A program made the translations under genes and the position numbers. A stretch of 63,702 nt of DNA, counting the filler, from Reticulomyxa filosa (Eukaryota; Protista; Foraminifera), in assembly GCA_000512085.1 (NCBI GenBank). It is 23 parts of 23 records of this genome, joined end to end, with 100 filler letters (N's around TTAATTAATTAA, not from the genome) between each part and the next. Parts side by side here need not be neighbours in the genome. Positions count along the whole stretch, not along the records: positions 10,219 to 13,306 come from ASPP01021838.1; positions 13,407 to 17,550 come from ASPP01027143.1; positions 17,651 to 22,639 come from ASPP01027281.1; positions 22,740 to 24,682 come from ASPP01027581.1; positions 24,783 to 26,499 come from ASPP01046369.1; 18 more parts are not named here. One strand, 5' to 3'. The notes beneath the pieces were generated by a model that was not told the origin of the DNA, made no database searches, and saw only the letters and a list, made by a program, of their open reading frames with translations. Shown one piece after another: positions 11,989 to 25,716 of the stretch. Every line of letters begins with the position of its first letter. Within the stretch, counting starts at the first letter, position 1.

Positions 11989-12564
11989 GCTGCCGTCAAA
12001 ATAACACGAGTTCTTTACTCAATCTTTTCTACTCTGTTTGTCCCTCTCTTACAGTGCAGTCTGAAATGGAAAGATAGCAAATGCTAAAAAAAAAATTTTC
12101 AAAAATGCTTTCAAAATCAAAAGTATTGATTAATTTTCTTTTTTTTATTTGAAAAAGCTGGGTTTTTTGTGAATATGTTTGCACAGATTCAAAATAAATA
12201 TGAAGTTAGCGAAGTTTGTGATTTTCCTTATTTCAAACAAAATTGGACTAATTGTTAGACTGAATATGTTGTATCTTATCAGCTTAATATTTTAATTTTT
12301 GTAAGCTACAAGATACAAAAGTAAGAGGCAAAAATCAGTGAGAATCAAAATTGCAATATCATTAAAATTTACCAAAAACAAATTGTCGGATCAAAAAATC
12401 CACGACAAAGAGATACCAAATCTCACAATCTTAATCTGGTCCATGTCTTTTGTTTTCTAAGATTAGTCAGCTACCGTTCTTACGTTTCACATTAAAGTCT
12501 TTATTTGTTATATTTTTTAAAACATGCCAATAAAAAAACTTGACACATTTATAGACTACCTTTG

Positions 12565-12780
12565 CAAAAAAAACAACATCTCAACTGGTCAATCAGTCCT
12601 GTCGACTTTATTGCCATAAAGTTTGTATATGCCATCACATTCTCCGATGGAAGACTTAAAAATTCGAAGGCGTGTTTGTAATACAATTTTCACATAATCG
12701 CAATATGGGTAATGCATTTTTGTAAGTACTACAACGGGTCGACGCACTTATCAAAATTTGTAACGTTGATTTTTTTACAG
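12565..12780 (-). pseudogene. Glutaredoxin pseudogene (internally deleted copy of 48361-48698)
   Basis: Reverse complement aligns to the glutaredoxin (TTACAAAA..CATATTGCG..TTACAAACA..CTTCGAATTTTTAA..TCGG..TACAAACTT..ACTGATTGACCAGTTGAGAT) with a large deletion and frameshifts. Confidence 0.8.
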
Positions 12781-14316
12781 GCTTGCGTTTTTTATGAGAT
12801 AAAGGAACAAGGCAACCATCAACCATCTTTTTTCTTCAACAAGCTGAGGAATTTCAAATGGAACTTTTAAAATAATAATCGAGTTTTTTTACGATTTTTG
12901 TTCTTATTAGTACTTTATTGAAAAGCTTAAGTTTTAATCATTAAAAATAATTTAACTTTTTTCACAAAATCTTTTTCTAATAAGGAAGATAGTACCACAA
13001 TTCTGAAAAAAAGATAAAATTGCATAGTTCTCACAAACAAAATCGAAAAACCGTAAAATTATACGTTTTTGCCTGATAGCCCGTATTTCTGTCTTTTTTT
13101 AGGTCGTAAAGAATTTTTTTCAGGAGGAAACCAGATTTTATGGAAAAAAGGAAGAATGGTAATAGCAAAACCATTGACTCAGAATTTTTTATGGATCCAA
13201 GATAAAAGAATACCTTTGTGAAGATAGATTTGGCAAATGCGAGTAACAAAAACATAAAAGTGCAAGCAATACGAGAAGCCCTAAGTTTCAGTGCCATTTC
13301 ATGAGCNNNNNNNNNNNNNNNNNNNNNNNNNNNNNNNNNNNNNNNNNNNNTTAATTAATTAANNNNNNNNNNNNNNNNNNNNNNNNNNNNNNNNNNNNNN
13401 NNNNNNAAAAAGATGATTTAAAAAAAAAAGAAAACAATATTTTTGTTTTTCTATCGTTGCTTTATTGAAAAATTGTTTTTATTTTCTTTGTTTTATCAAT
13501 TATCACATCTCTTTCCTGCTTTAACATTTCATTCACTTTATAATTAAATCACAAAAGTATTCTGTTCCAAATTCATAAAAACAATTGTAAATACATGATT
13601 TGGTGCTTTTAACAAAATGGGACCTTTTATTGGAGTAAAAGATTTAGAATCAATCTTTTTGTAAAAGTTGGAAAAGAAAAGTCTTTTCCTTCACGTTTTC
13701 ATTACATTTGGGAGGAAAATCAACTTCCTTAAAAAAAAACAGTAGTAATATTGTGTTGTGGACACCCTTCACAAAAAAACAAACAACTGTAAAACTCTTT
13801 ACACTATCTTTTAACAAAAGAGACACCATGTTGACTGCAACTCGCCTATGACTACATGTTTAATTGTACTATATTGTAGTAACTACTTTTTTTTTTCTAT
13901 ACTGTCACTGTCTTGTCTCTGTGAAGACTGTGAGTAAAGGACTTTGAGAAAAAGAGTTTATTAATTGTTGTTTACGTTCGTCTTATATTTGACGTTTGGA
14001 AAGTACGTGTAGTTGTCAGTTATAATTTCTGCAATTTGTAGACTGCAATATGATCATAAAATTTTGTCGAAAAAATAAAGAAATATCAAAAAGACAATAT
14101 CAGAAAACTTTTTCACAAAAAATGTCATCAATAAAAGAACATCAATTTTGAAAATATTTTTTGAACTTTTTTTTTGCTGGAAAATTGAACAGTCAAGAGA
14201 AAAATGATATTTTCTGCTTGAAAAATCATAAATAATATTTTCAATTTAACATAAAAAAAAGTTTGTTATTGGGTAGTCACCTTCTCCCAAAGTTTAAAAA
14301 TATATAGTATTCCAGA

Positions 14317-14434
14317 GGTTCCGTACTATGCAGTTTTATCCTTTAGGATGGCAGTGTGACTTCAGCCTCAGCTGCCAGGCCTACCATTTGGGGGTAAGTG
14401 CGCGTAGCGCCCGCACCGGAACCCATTTTTTTTT
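14317..14434 (+). ncRNA. Candidate structured small RNA (~108 nt) ending in a T9 tract
   Basis: GC-rich island in AT-rich intergenic DNA; terminal stem GGTTCCG/CGGAACC enclosing hairpins ATCCT-TT-AGGAT, GGCAG..CTGCC, TACC..GGTA and GCGC-GTA-GCGC; TATA-like sequence ~15-25 nt upstream. Confidence 0.5.
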
Positions 14435-14767
14435 GCTGGAACATGAAGAAATATGCGTTATTTGAAATAATGAAGCTTTACGAATTAGTACGAGTATTAA
14501 TGATCAAAAATATTATAATGCATTTTCATTGCAAAAAGTAAATTCAATTTTTAAGCGTTCAATTTAGTTGATGTTTAATATGTTAATAAATATTTTTGAT
14601 CACTTCACAAAATTAAAAGTTATTAAATGAAAGAGCGTATATATGAAAGATTCAGTTATTTTAGTCAATGGAAAAAATTATCATTTTCAAAGGAACGCAA
14701 TAACAACCGAATTCAAAAAAAGCTTCAACACAAATACAAGCACTCAAGCTATTATGATCGATAAATG

Positions 14768-17550
14768 TCAGTTTTCGTTCAAGTCAAAGTCTGGAGCTTG
14801 TCCTACGCCATTATCGTGTGGAACTATTGTTTGTGTTTCTCGATATTTCTGCGCATAGGTTTCCAAAGATGTGTCAAACAACACCACACCCCCATCACTT
14901 TCACTGTCACTATCTTCACTTTGACTCTCTTCACTTGAATCATTTGCATTTTCAAATGTATTTTGGACGTTTGACGCTACATTATTGTTTGTGTTTTGAG
15001 AATTCACAGTGGCAATACTTGAAGATTGAGCAATCGATTCTGTTTTTATCACTTCAGTACTATCCACCATCGTTGCTCCTTGTATATCGCTCTCCAACTT
15101 GATTGTTTCATTGTTAGTAATGTTAATGGGTTTATTTGCTTTTGTGTCCTCCATGCTCGGCGATATATGTTCGTCTTTCTCAACAATCTTTTTTTCTTCG
15201 ATGCTTTTGCAAAGACATACTAATTTTTGTGAGATGACAATTACAAGAAAAACACAAACATAAGTGAGAATGTGTAAACTGTGTGTTGGCAGTTTCTGTG
15301 GTCTTGTTGAGGTCTTGATCGTGTTTATCTAGTTCCTTGTCTGTGCAAATAATATATATGCATATATATGTATCAAGAGAATGGAAGTAAAGAACATAGG
15401 AGGAAAAAAAAAGAGACAAAAACCTGTGAAAATATCATCAGACGGTTCTTGCTTTTCAATAATAGAATTGGTCGGCGTATTGTGCTTGTTTGTATCTGTT
15501 TCGATATCTTTTTCTATTTTCTGCTTTGTTTCTGTTTCTTTGTCTTGTTGTGCAGTGGAATGGGCAAGTCCAACTTCTTCCGTTCGTTTCAATGTATCAG
15601 ACATTTGTTCTTCGTTATCACTTTGTGCCATCATCGCGCTGATCTCTTGGGTCAACGGACTTTCCAATTGTGGTCGCAGCTTCTCTTGCAAGCCACTTTG
15701 CACCAAATGTCTCTTGCTTAAATAGCAGTATCTATGAACAATCGGCAGATCCTTTTGCACATAAGTGACGGAACTAGCAGAAGCAAAGCCGATGTTTTCT
15801 GTCGGCATTCCATCTTTGGCGACTTTCTGTTTTAGTTTCTGTTTTTTGGTTGCGTTTGTTTTGGAATTGATAGTATCAATTGAATGATTTGAACCATTCA
15901 GCTTTTCATTGACAATGGCCGAGTAGGCATGCGTTCCGTCAATGTAACAAGCCTCGTGCAATACCCATTCATCCATGTCTTGATCCAACACTCGGTCTTT
16001 GTTTTCAAAGTGCTTTTGACACAACTCGCATATAATTTGACTGGCTTGATTGATATTTTTAGGAACATACACTTTGGTTTGAAGCTCTTTCTCGTCGATC
16101 GGTGGTATTCCGTCTTTTATCCCACTTTTTATCAGTCCCTGCTTTGTCGACAGTGTCGGCAAGGAGAGTACTTGCTGATTTTTTTTGGACAGACTTTCGA
16201 AAGGATTGACTTGCATTTGCATCGAATATCGCGTATTTCCGACGTCTTTGATCCATTGGTCTCTGTCCAAGTACCACGCCCGACATCGTCGCGTTTGATG
16301 CTTCTGTCGCTCATTCTCTTCACGATTTAGCTCAAAGTGCCATTGCAAATGTGACTCCAGCGCTCCTTCAGGCACTCGCAAGGCACAATTGGGGCACACA
16401 TGTAAGCTACGCGAATACAATAGTGAGATTGCACGGCGATGCTTTCTGTCGAGTTGACCAATGACATTCACGGCCCCATTCATGTTTCGGATATGTCTTG
16501 TATTCAAATCAAGCAAAGCAAAATAAAACAAAACAAAACTTTTTGAAATCGTCTCCAAATATGGTGTAAAAATCAACCGTTTTTTTGGAACCCTCATTGA
16601 ATACCACATCTTCGATATTGTAGCGTTCTTTGTTTTGTTCTACCAACACACGTCTCCTTTTTGCCTATGTCCCCCCCCCCGCACACATAACAACCGTTAC
16701 GTTTGATATTGTGTTCATCGACATTGACCTTGTACTTCTTATCCACTTTGGACCAAAAACATGTTAACTTCAATTTCGGTGACATGCTCCATGTCGCAAT
16801 TCGCTTTCCGACACCCATCTGCCGTATTGTAAAAGGGACAAATATCCCTTTTCTGAAAGAAGTTGGGTATACATCACGCAATGTTGCATTGTCAACACAA
16901 ACGAACGAACGAACAAACAAACAAAGTGTAAACTCGTTTGAGAGGTCTATTGGGACGCTTATTTGTTACATCGTTGCCAATGTCTTTGAGTGATTCTTCA
17001 AATTCGCTCATATTTCTGTTCCATATTTTTTTTTTAAGCAAAGAGATTTTTTTTTTTTTTAAAAAAAAAAAAAGGGGGGGGGGACTTCAAAAATTACTAA
17101 AAAAAAAAAAAAAAAGCACAAAACAGTCCGCTTTTTTCAAGCGATTGACAATAAACCAAATGTTGGAGGTGACATCGGTGGCCATATACTCTCTCTCGCA
17201 CTTGTCCAACTCTTGTTTGACCTCAATGGGTATTTGATAACGTAACGGAGCATATCCAAGTCCGTCATTGTACATTCGTGGATTGCACACAAAGTCCTTC
17301 AATTTCCGCAAAACGAACCCAACCATTTCTTGTTCGTTTCTGTGATTGGACGTGTCAACCCATTCTTCATTGCCCATCGAATTGAGCGGCGGCATTTGGT
17401 CCATTGGATTTGGATCATTCATTCCACTTGGATACGACATCACCGGTGGAGGATACATGCCATCTCCCGACCGCCATTCCTTTGTCCACGTCATATTTGA
17501 AACATGTTCCTTCGCTCATTGCGAAATCGCGAATCCCAAGTGTTTTTTGG
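14768..17550 (-). CDS. PCF11: PCF11-like pre-mRNA cleavage complex II subunit, 3' part, multi-exon
   Basis: LLY..HVCPNCALR..HLQWHF..N..RAWYLDRDQW and CELCQKHF..DEWVLHEA..VHRYC match the two C-terminal Pcf11 zinc-binding modules. Confidence 0.8.
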
Positions 17551-17729
17551 NNNNNNNNNNNNNNNNNNNNNNNNNNNNNNNNNNNNNNNNNNNNTTAATT
17601 AATTAANNNNNNNNNNNNNNNNNNNNNNNNNNNNNNNNNNNNNNNNNNNNAAACATTATTATTATTATTTTTTTTTAAAAAAAAAAAAAAAAAAAAGGGG
17701 GGAGAGGAGGAAATAAAACAAACCCGCAA

Positions 17730-17893
17730 ATGCGAAATGACGCCATCACTTTCAACCCAAATTTTTTTTACAAGTGATTCACCTTCCAGCGCTTGCAGCG
17801 GTGGAATATGGATTTGGCGAGCGTTTTCACCATTTCTAAAAAAGAACTTCATTTTATTCTTTATATATATGTATAGTATATATGTATATGTAT

Positions 17894-17930
<37 letters not shown>

Positions 17931-20365
17931 TAATTAACAAAAAATAAAAAACCAACCAAAGTTAACACCAAATTTTGAATACGTGTGCGTTTGACTCCGA
18001 AGGCCTCTTCTTCGGCGTCTTTCAAAGAGTAGTTGTTGGTCAAATCCAATTTGATCAATTCCAAAGGCAGGAGTTTGTCCTCGAGTTCAATGTATTGCAA
18101 AATGTGCAGCGAAAACAGCTTCATCCAGACGGGGACGCCGCGCAGGACGCTATTGCCAAGACTATACTTGACGAACAGGTCTTGCGCTTGTTTGTTATCG
18201 TCGTTGAACTCGCTTCCGTCACCGTTGCTACAGCATGCTCGATACAATGCCGCAGTGCGATGCAAGACGTGATGTTGCTTGTGCAGCACGTCCGTGTAGC
18301 TGTCCGACCCTGAGTACGCCAGGTAATAGCTTCGACAGCTTTTCATTCCGCACAAGCAGACCGCCTGTTTCCACTCTTGCTCATCCTCCGTCACGCTGTT
18401 GTAATCAAAGCTCAATTCCTCGCCGCATTTGATGTCGCGAATGCTGTACACTTGTATTCCATACTTGCCATGCACCGCCATTGACACCGCTACGCAGTTG
18501 GGTTGACAGCTGTTGTATACGTATGTACGTATACGTATATATATATATATATATATTTTTTTGGAGTGTACCCATTTGAATCAAGTATACGTTATACGTA
18601 CTCCAAACTAACCATACGTATACATATCGCATATATATGTACATATATATATATATATATATAAATAAGTGAATGGTATATAACCTATGGGAAATTCGCG
18701 ATGCGAAATTACCCTTTTTGGACGAGTCGATAAAGACGACATCATAGCCTTCTGGATCGTCGCAGTGCCTTTCCAAGGTGATATTGAAAAAGTCGGACTG
18801 CTTTTCGGCGTGGAGTGACTTTTCCAACCAGCGAATTCGCTCCGACTTTTCGTACCAACACCACGCAGGATACACCTCGCCAATGAACGAGACAACAAAT
18901 TGGTTTTGCGGGATGCCTTGCGGACGAGTGCAAAGCACGCCCGTCCCTTTGGAATAAATGGCAAACTCTTGGTCGCAAATGATTCCTTCGCCACTAGCCA
19001 TCCTCACGTCGCGCTGTTGCAGATAGACGGCCAAGTGCTGCTCAAAGCTCCAAAAGTCGGACATTGTGGTGGAGTGCTTGGCGTCGCGCACGGAAAAGTA
19101 CCTGTCGGAGCCAGAGGAGGAGGACGCCCACTGCAGACCCATGGTCAGAATCACTCGGAGCGTGTAGCTTACCACTTGCTGCAGGATTACATCCGACTGT
19201 TGCTCGGCTTTGAACAGCAGCAAGCGCAGCACGTCGGTCATGTAAAACGGCGCCCGACATCCATCCTCGTCCGCGTCAAAGGGACGCTTGCTCGCGCACT
19301 GCGGCAACACATTCGATACAAAGTACTCGTAGTCGTTCACCGCTGGGAGCAATTGCTCTTCGATAAACCTGTTCTTGGCATTGGTGTCGTCTGTCCATTC
19401 CACCATTTCATCGGGCAATACCTACTCTCCAATTCAATTCAATTCAATTCAATTCAATTCAATCCACCCCACCCACAAGTCCGTAACAGAATTACATTTG
19501 CGTGAAATTTGGAAATTTCTCAGTTTGGCAGACACCATACCAATACTTAACTGACTCAATGTTGAGATGTGTGTATTTATCGATGCCATACACAGCCTGC
19601 TCGTTCACGTCCACGCCCAGTTTCATCGGCTGCTGCTTCGAAACGGCTCGATTTTGGCACTGCTTCGGGTCACACTCGCACGCATTCGTGCACTCCATCC
19701 TTTGTCTGCGGTCGATGCACTGCGAGTCCCACGTCTCCTGCTTGTGATTGAACGGCCCCAGCGCGCTTAACGCGTGGCAGCACTGGCCACTGCACTTGCC
19801 TTCTTTCTTTGTCGCAAGCATCTGCTCCAATATTTTGCTGCGTCATTTTCAATTATTTGTATATGTGTATGTATTTTTAAATATTGTAAAAAAAAAAAAA
19901 AAAAAAAGAAAAAAAGGGGATACCCAAAACTCATCGCACAACAAAAACGTAATCATCAAGTAGCTCGTAATTGCCTCGCTTTGCAAGTCGCAGTCCACTG
20001 AGCGAAGCAATGCAGTTGTCTTTTTCATTTGAAGCGTCTTTGTGTTCCGTCGCTTGTGTTTCTTCCTCCTTCTGTGTCACAACTTGTTTTTCCATTGGGT
20101 TGTGTTTTTTTGCATAACATAGAGCAATCCACGCATACCACAAATGTGGCTCAAAGAGAGAGAGAGTGACGATAAAAAGGAGGAAACAAATAAAGAAAGC
20201 AAAACTCTTTGAATTAGCATATTTCTCTATTTTCAAAGCCTGTTTGTATTGCTTTGAGTTTTTCGGATACACTTTGAACGTGTTGTTGCACAACAGTAGT
20301 ACATCGTTCTATTTTGTCCGCAATGATCAAACAAAAAAAATTTTAGTTGGTATGATACAAAAATA

Positions 20366-20396
<31 letters not shown>

Positions 20397-21479
20397 TTAA
20401 TATTTTAACAATTGTATACAATACCAATAAAAGTCTATTACATACATATATATATATATATATATATGTATACATATATGTGTATATGTAACAGTGTTAA
20501 ACATTAAATTCCGCATTGGCGTTGTCGTATCGACCACTTTGCAGCCTTTCGCGAATGCGATTCAAAGACATGGGTGTCTCGACGGCCTGAGTGTATTGGT
20601 CAGAAGTGTCCAAGTGATAAAAGCATTGATAAGCGGCGTCCATTTCGAACAGGTCCTCCAGCGTTTGCTTCATCCAATTGGACGACATCGTCTCCGTCGT
20701 TGTGCTTTCCTTCGTCTGCGTGCATGACTCTTCCAATCCTTTTTTCCTCTTTCCTCTCTTTGTCTTTCCATTTGTTGCTGTCGTTGTCATCGCCGTTGTC
20801 ATTGTTGTCACTGCCTCTTTTTCACTTGTCCACTTTTTCTTTGCTGTACGTTTCTAACACATCACATTTTTTTTTTTTTTTTTTAAAAAATAGGAACGCA
20901 CTTTCAAAAAATATTTTTAAAAACCCGCAAAAAAAAAAAAAAAAAAAAATTATTTGTTAAAAAAAAAAATACACACTTTGGTCCCATTGGAATCTTCTGT
21001 TTCAATGGCTTGCTTTTTCTCGGGCGGCTCCTTGTTTTTTTTTTGTTTTTTTTTTTTTGATTGATCGATTAATTGTTAAATGCATCGTTAGAGTGACAGA
21101 ATCACCCTCTCAAGTACATCTTTGTCCAGATGTAACTGTAGGGGGGTCGCTTGCCATTGAATCGGGCACTTTTCGCTTACAAGGACGTCCGAACATACTC
21201 AGTATATTAGGTGATGGCTTTTTTTTTTTGTTGTTGTTGAGAATGTATCTATTATACAATTGCCGGTGCTCAACTCCAAAAAAAAAAAAAACAAAAAACA
21301 AAAAAATAATGTTGCTGACGTACTTTATTGATAATGGCGTTTTTTTTTGTTTCGAGAGATGGAGTAGAACGCTTTCTTCTTTTTCTCCGTAGCTGATTTG
21401 CAGTCTTATTTTCTTTATCAACACTATCTTCATCACCAGAATCTACTGGGCACGCATGAGGAATTTGATGAGTCAGCAT
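17730..21479 (-). CDS. Bromodomain + ATXR3/SDG2-type SET-domain histone lysine methyltransferase, multi-exon, 3' truncated
   Basis: KGTGVLC..FVVSFIGEVYPAWCWYEK..FFNITLERH..GYDVVFIDSSKKGNFASRISH-SCQPNC..YGIQVYSIRDIKCGEELSFDYNSVTE..CLCGMKSCRSYYL; pre-SET Cys cluster 19560-19810; bromodomain YTQAVETPMSLNRIRERLQSGRY..DVLLLCNNTFKVY at 20210-20670. Confidence 0.88.
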
Positions 21480-21965
21480 CGATATTATTATTACTTTGAC
21501 AAAGTTCAAAGAAAAACAAAGAGGCCAACATACCAAAAAAAAAAAAACTTGTTTCGGTTTCGCGCTGACTGTTGGCGAACTGTTTTGCGAACTCTCAAAT
21601 CTATATGCTCCTATTTTCTTACTTACTCAAATTGAGCTGTACGTATTCAAAATTTAACTTCCACTCAGCAATCCTAGTGCGACAAATAAAAAAACGTTTT
21701 TGGTTTTCCAACGTAACATTTTTTTTTTTGCTAAGATATTTTTATTTTTCCGACTTGAATCAAAAAAATAATTTAATTGGACTTTAATATGACAATATTC
21801 AGACTTGAAGAGCTTACAAAAATTTGTTTGCAAAGACGCAGCAATTTCGGAGGTAGAGCAAGAAGACGCACAAAAAAGGCCAAGGAGGCAAAAAAAAAAG
21901 GAAAGCGTGAACTGAAAACATCTTGGAATTTTCTGAAATCAAGCGAGAAAAAAAAAAAGAAGAAC

Positions 21966-22639
21966 ATGCAAACTGGAGATCCAGACAAAAATCTGATCGA
22001 CCAATTGTTGGAAATGGGGTTTCAAGCGACTCAAGCACGGCAAGCTGTTAACTGTTGTGTTAAGTGGCGACTTTTAGTAACAACAGCAAAAAAAAAAAAA
22101 AAAAGACAAACCAAAAAAATTATGAGTTTACTCCAGAGACAGCTCCAATAAAATAAACAAAACAAAAAAATAAAAAGGTATAATTACACAAACAAAATAA
22201 AAAGGGCCCGGATATTACGAAGTGTGTGTCGTTCTTGGCAGATACCAAAACCGCAAGAAAAAAGGTGAGAAGCGTTTTATCACATACATAGCATAATGCA
22301 ACACAACAAGACATCAGCACAGACACACATACAAAAAAAAAAAAGAAACTTTTTTTCTTTCTTTTTTTTTTTTTTTTTTTTGGAAACGGATAAAAAACCA
22401 AATTTTTGATGGAGCAGCTAAAGTTGGAGGACTATAAAACAAAACAGTTGCATCCGAACATGCATGTGTGGACATGGGTGCCAAAAAAAGCGGAGTGGGC
22501 ACGAGGAAAAGTAGTTTGCATCAAAGGACAATGTTTTTCAGTCCTATCTAATCACAATGAATGTTGTTGGGTTGAAATTAATTCTGACTACTTTTCCACC
22601 AAAACTGAAAAAGTCCTCTTTTTCAAACCAAAAAAAAAA
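21966..22639 (+). CDS. UBA-domain protein, 5' fragment
   Basis: LIDQLLEMGFQATQARQAV (UBA MGF motif); downstream SH3/Tudor-like WVPKKAEWARGKVV exon. Confidence 0.55.
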
Positions 22640-23165
22640 NNNNNNNNNNNNNNNNNNNNNNNNNNNNNNNNNNNNNNNNNNNNTTAATTAATTAANNNNN
22701 NNNNNNNNNNNNNNNNNNNNNNNNNNNNNNNNNNNNNNNAAAAAGCAGTTGCTAAGAGGGAAACAACGTATACAGTAACCTGTCAAAAATGCAAATCTTT
22801 TTTTTTTGAGAGGAACACATTATTTGTAAGAACATTTTGAATTGAAACTGTTTAGGGGTTTTATGTTGTCAGTTGCCGTGGCAAAGGTGAAGAGTTTGTC
22901 GGCGTGAAACTCAACGAATGGAACGATAATGCAAATGATGGATCGGAAGAAAAAGAGAAGGAATTGCAAAAGGAGGAATTGAGTAAATGATTGAAAAATC
23001 GCAAGTAAATAATCGCGTTGAAATAGCTGCAAGGACGAACAGGTTTATTTTAATAATAATTATCATTTAGAATTTATAATTTTATTTTGTTTATTCAAAT
23101 GAATAAATCACATGAAAATATGTACACATATAATACATGTATACATATATGTATACATATATAAA

Positions 23166-23708
23166 AGGAACGGTTCATTATATTTCACAAAATGGAATCA
23201 ATGACAATGAAAGCATTGGAATTGAGTTGGATAAATCACTTGCTCAAGGCCATGATGAAAAATACAATTTTTCGATAAGACATGACTATGGACTGTTTGT
23301 AACGAAAGACATTCACAAAGTGTTCCTGCAATTGTCCGAACTGATCTTGTACTCAGCGATGGCGAAATTATCGAATTGAAATTGTAACATTGGTGGCCCA
23401 ATAGAGGTGATGGGAATGTAAATAGCAAAAAGTATTTCGCTACGGAGTTTGCCAAAGGGACATGGGTCGGGCTCGTGTTGGATGATTTTTTGGCCAATGC
23501 CACGGACGGCACAGTCAAATGGCCGACAACGACTCGGATGAGCGGAGCCTCTCATTGGAGCGAGAGTGGGCTGTGGGATCCCAATGCCAACGACGGAACA
23601 TTTAATGGACAAACCTTGTTTCAAACCAAAATGGGTAGGGACTTATTCACTCGACGACAGTCAGTGTTGCATGTGCTGTCGTCCAAATCGGACGCAGTCA
23701 GCTTCTAA
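23166..23708 (+). pseudogene. Tandem CAP-Gly domain gene, frameshifted
   Basis: GTVHYI..IGIELD..GHD..YGLFV; KYF.TEFAKGTWVGLVLD..ATDGTVK; NDGTFNGQTLF; frame breaks. Confidence 0.7.
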
Positions 23709-25716
23709 TCGAAGAACTTGGCTCTAATGTCGAAAATCAGACTGCAAATGTTCCTGAATATGACGTGTCATTTAACTCCAGAAATAAAAAGAAGTTTAAA
23801 ATCACTATTTATTTGCCACTGGAACAGAATGCCGCTACGTTGGAATTAGTGGCTAACCAGGTACACATAGTCCTCAAATTTCAATTCTATGAGCATCTGG
23901 ATCTTTTGATTAAGTCATGTGAATGCTGATACGGACAACATCATCTGTTTTTGCAAAAAAAATGAAAGCACTGGTGTTGAAATGTATGCCGCAAATCTAC
24001 AAACGTACAATAATACAGCATCTCAAAATTATCATCAAATGTTGCATATTTTTATCCAATAAATAATTAGAAATGATTTCATATTATCATATTCTAGCAA
24101 CAAAAAACATTACTACAAAACTAAAAATAATTTTTTAGATAAAAAGTATGATTCACATAATATGTAATATTATGTAGTTATTTCATTTATGTACGCAATC
24201 AACCGAAAAACATATAAAATTAAGTTCTATTGCCTACAAGCAATTTTGATGGAAAAGGAATATATTTAAGATTGTCCAAATTCAGGAATATTAGATACTT
24301 CAACCGTTACAAACAGTTTGTTGTCAGTACTTAAGGACCAATAACAAAAATCCCCTTTTTCTTTGAAAAATGTCAGAAATAAGATCCAGTTTCCCAACCC
24401 CAGAAGAAGTATTTTTCAAAAGCTTATTGGAAGAGTGTATCTCCTCTTTGGTCCCTTCTTCTAAAAGTAAAGATGACGACACAGAGAGCTTCGACGCGAA
24501 CGGCCCGTGAGGCAACGATAGATAAAGAGAATTTGGACTATTTGAATCATCACAAGACGTTTTACATATGCGACATGACGGACAATCTTCAGTGTTGGAT
24601 GGTTATTATTGAAAAGGAGTCATTTGTTGTATGTTGCGAAAACGGCGGATTGTCGTCACTTCAGTTTTTCAAAATTACACATNNNNNNNNNNNNNNNNNN
24701 NNNNNNNNNNNNNNNNNNNNNNNNNNTTAATTAATTAANNNNNNNNNNNNNNNNNNNNNNNNNNNNNNNNNNNNNNNNNNNNAGTTTAAGATAAATGCAA
24801 TAATATAAATAAATCTTTATGTTTAAGAGTATATCTAAAATATTTCTAACTTTTTTCTTTGAATGACATAAACAATTAACACAAACAATTTTAGCAACCA
24901 TTTTTACTGATTTTCAAATTTTTAAAATGCCAACTTGTTTTGTTTAGTTGAAGTTGCTGCCCAATCTTTGCTGTAGCAATTTTCAAGTGACAAGATTGTC
25001 AAGCTTTTTTCTTTTTCTTCCACTTGCGACATTGGCATGATTAGCTTTTTTTTTGTACAAGTGAGGAGCAAGAACTTTTATTTTAATTTCAATTTTTCAA
25101 ATAGGATTAAGTTTTGTTTAAAATAGAAATTATAAATCATTCATGCTCAAGAAGAGTAAATAGATTTCATTAATTTTTTTTTGTAGCATTAATTCGTCCA
25201 TCGTTTTTAGTTTTGAAAGGGGAATAAAAGAGTTTTTTTTTACAATCTGTAAGAAAACGCAAATTAGTTACAAAGCAAATACATCTGGTTTTTGTCATAC
25301 ATAAGAAATATTTGAGTTTGCATGATAATAAAACCTCTACTTTTAATTAATATTATCGAAGGTATTGATTGTGTGCAAATATTACAATTATCAAATCTTG
25401 CAGTCTCTTTGTTGGAAAAAAGAAATCCTCTAGCAAGTTAATTTGTAAGCAAGAAAAAAACAGCAATAGTTGGACTCATTCATGCTTATGCCTTTTTTTT
25501 AAGTACCTGAAAATTTTAACTTTTTATCAGAAGCGATTAACGCTTTCCATCACCATTGAGATTTTGCGTTCAACATTTTATTATGCAGACCAGACACCGA
25601 TATTGATTTATATCTTCTTTGGATCATTGTAAACAAAAAAATACTTATTTATAAATCAACAAAAAAAAAATCAATAACAATTAATTCCATTCCTAATATT
25701 CTCATATAATACACGT

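Noticed and set aside
14350-14382. tRNA-Sec (CTTCA loop)
   Set aside because: No 7-nt anticodon loop geometry, T-arm or long acceptor stem
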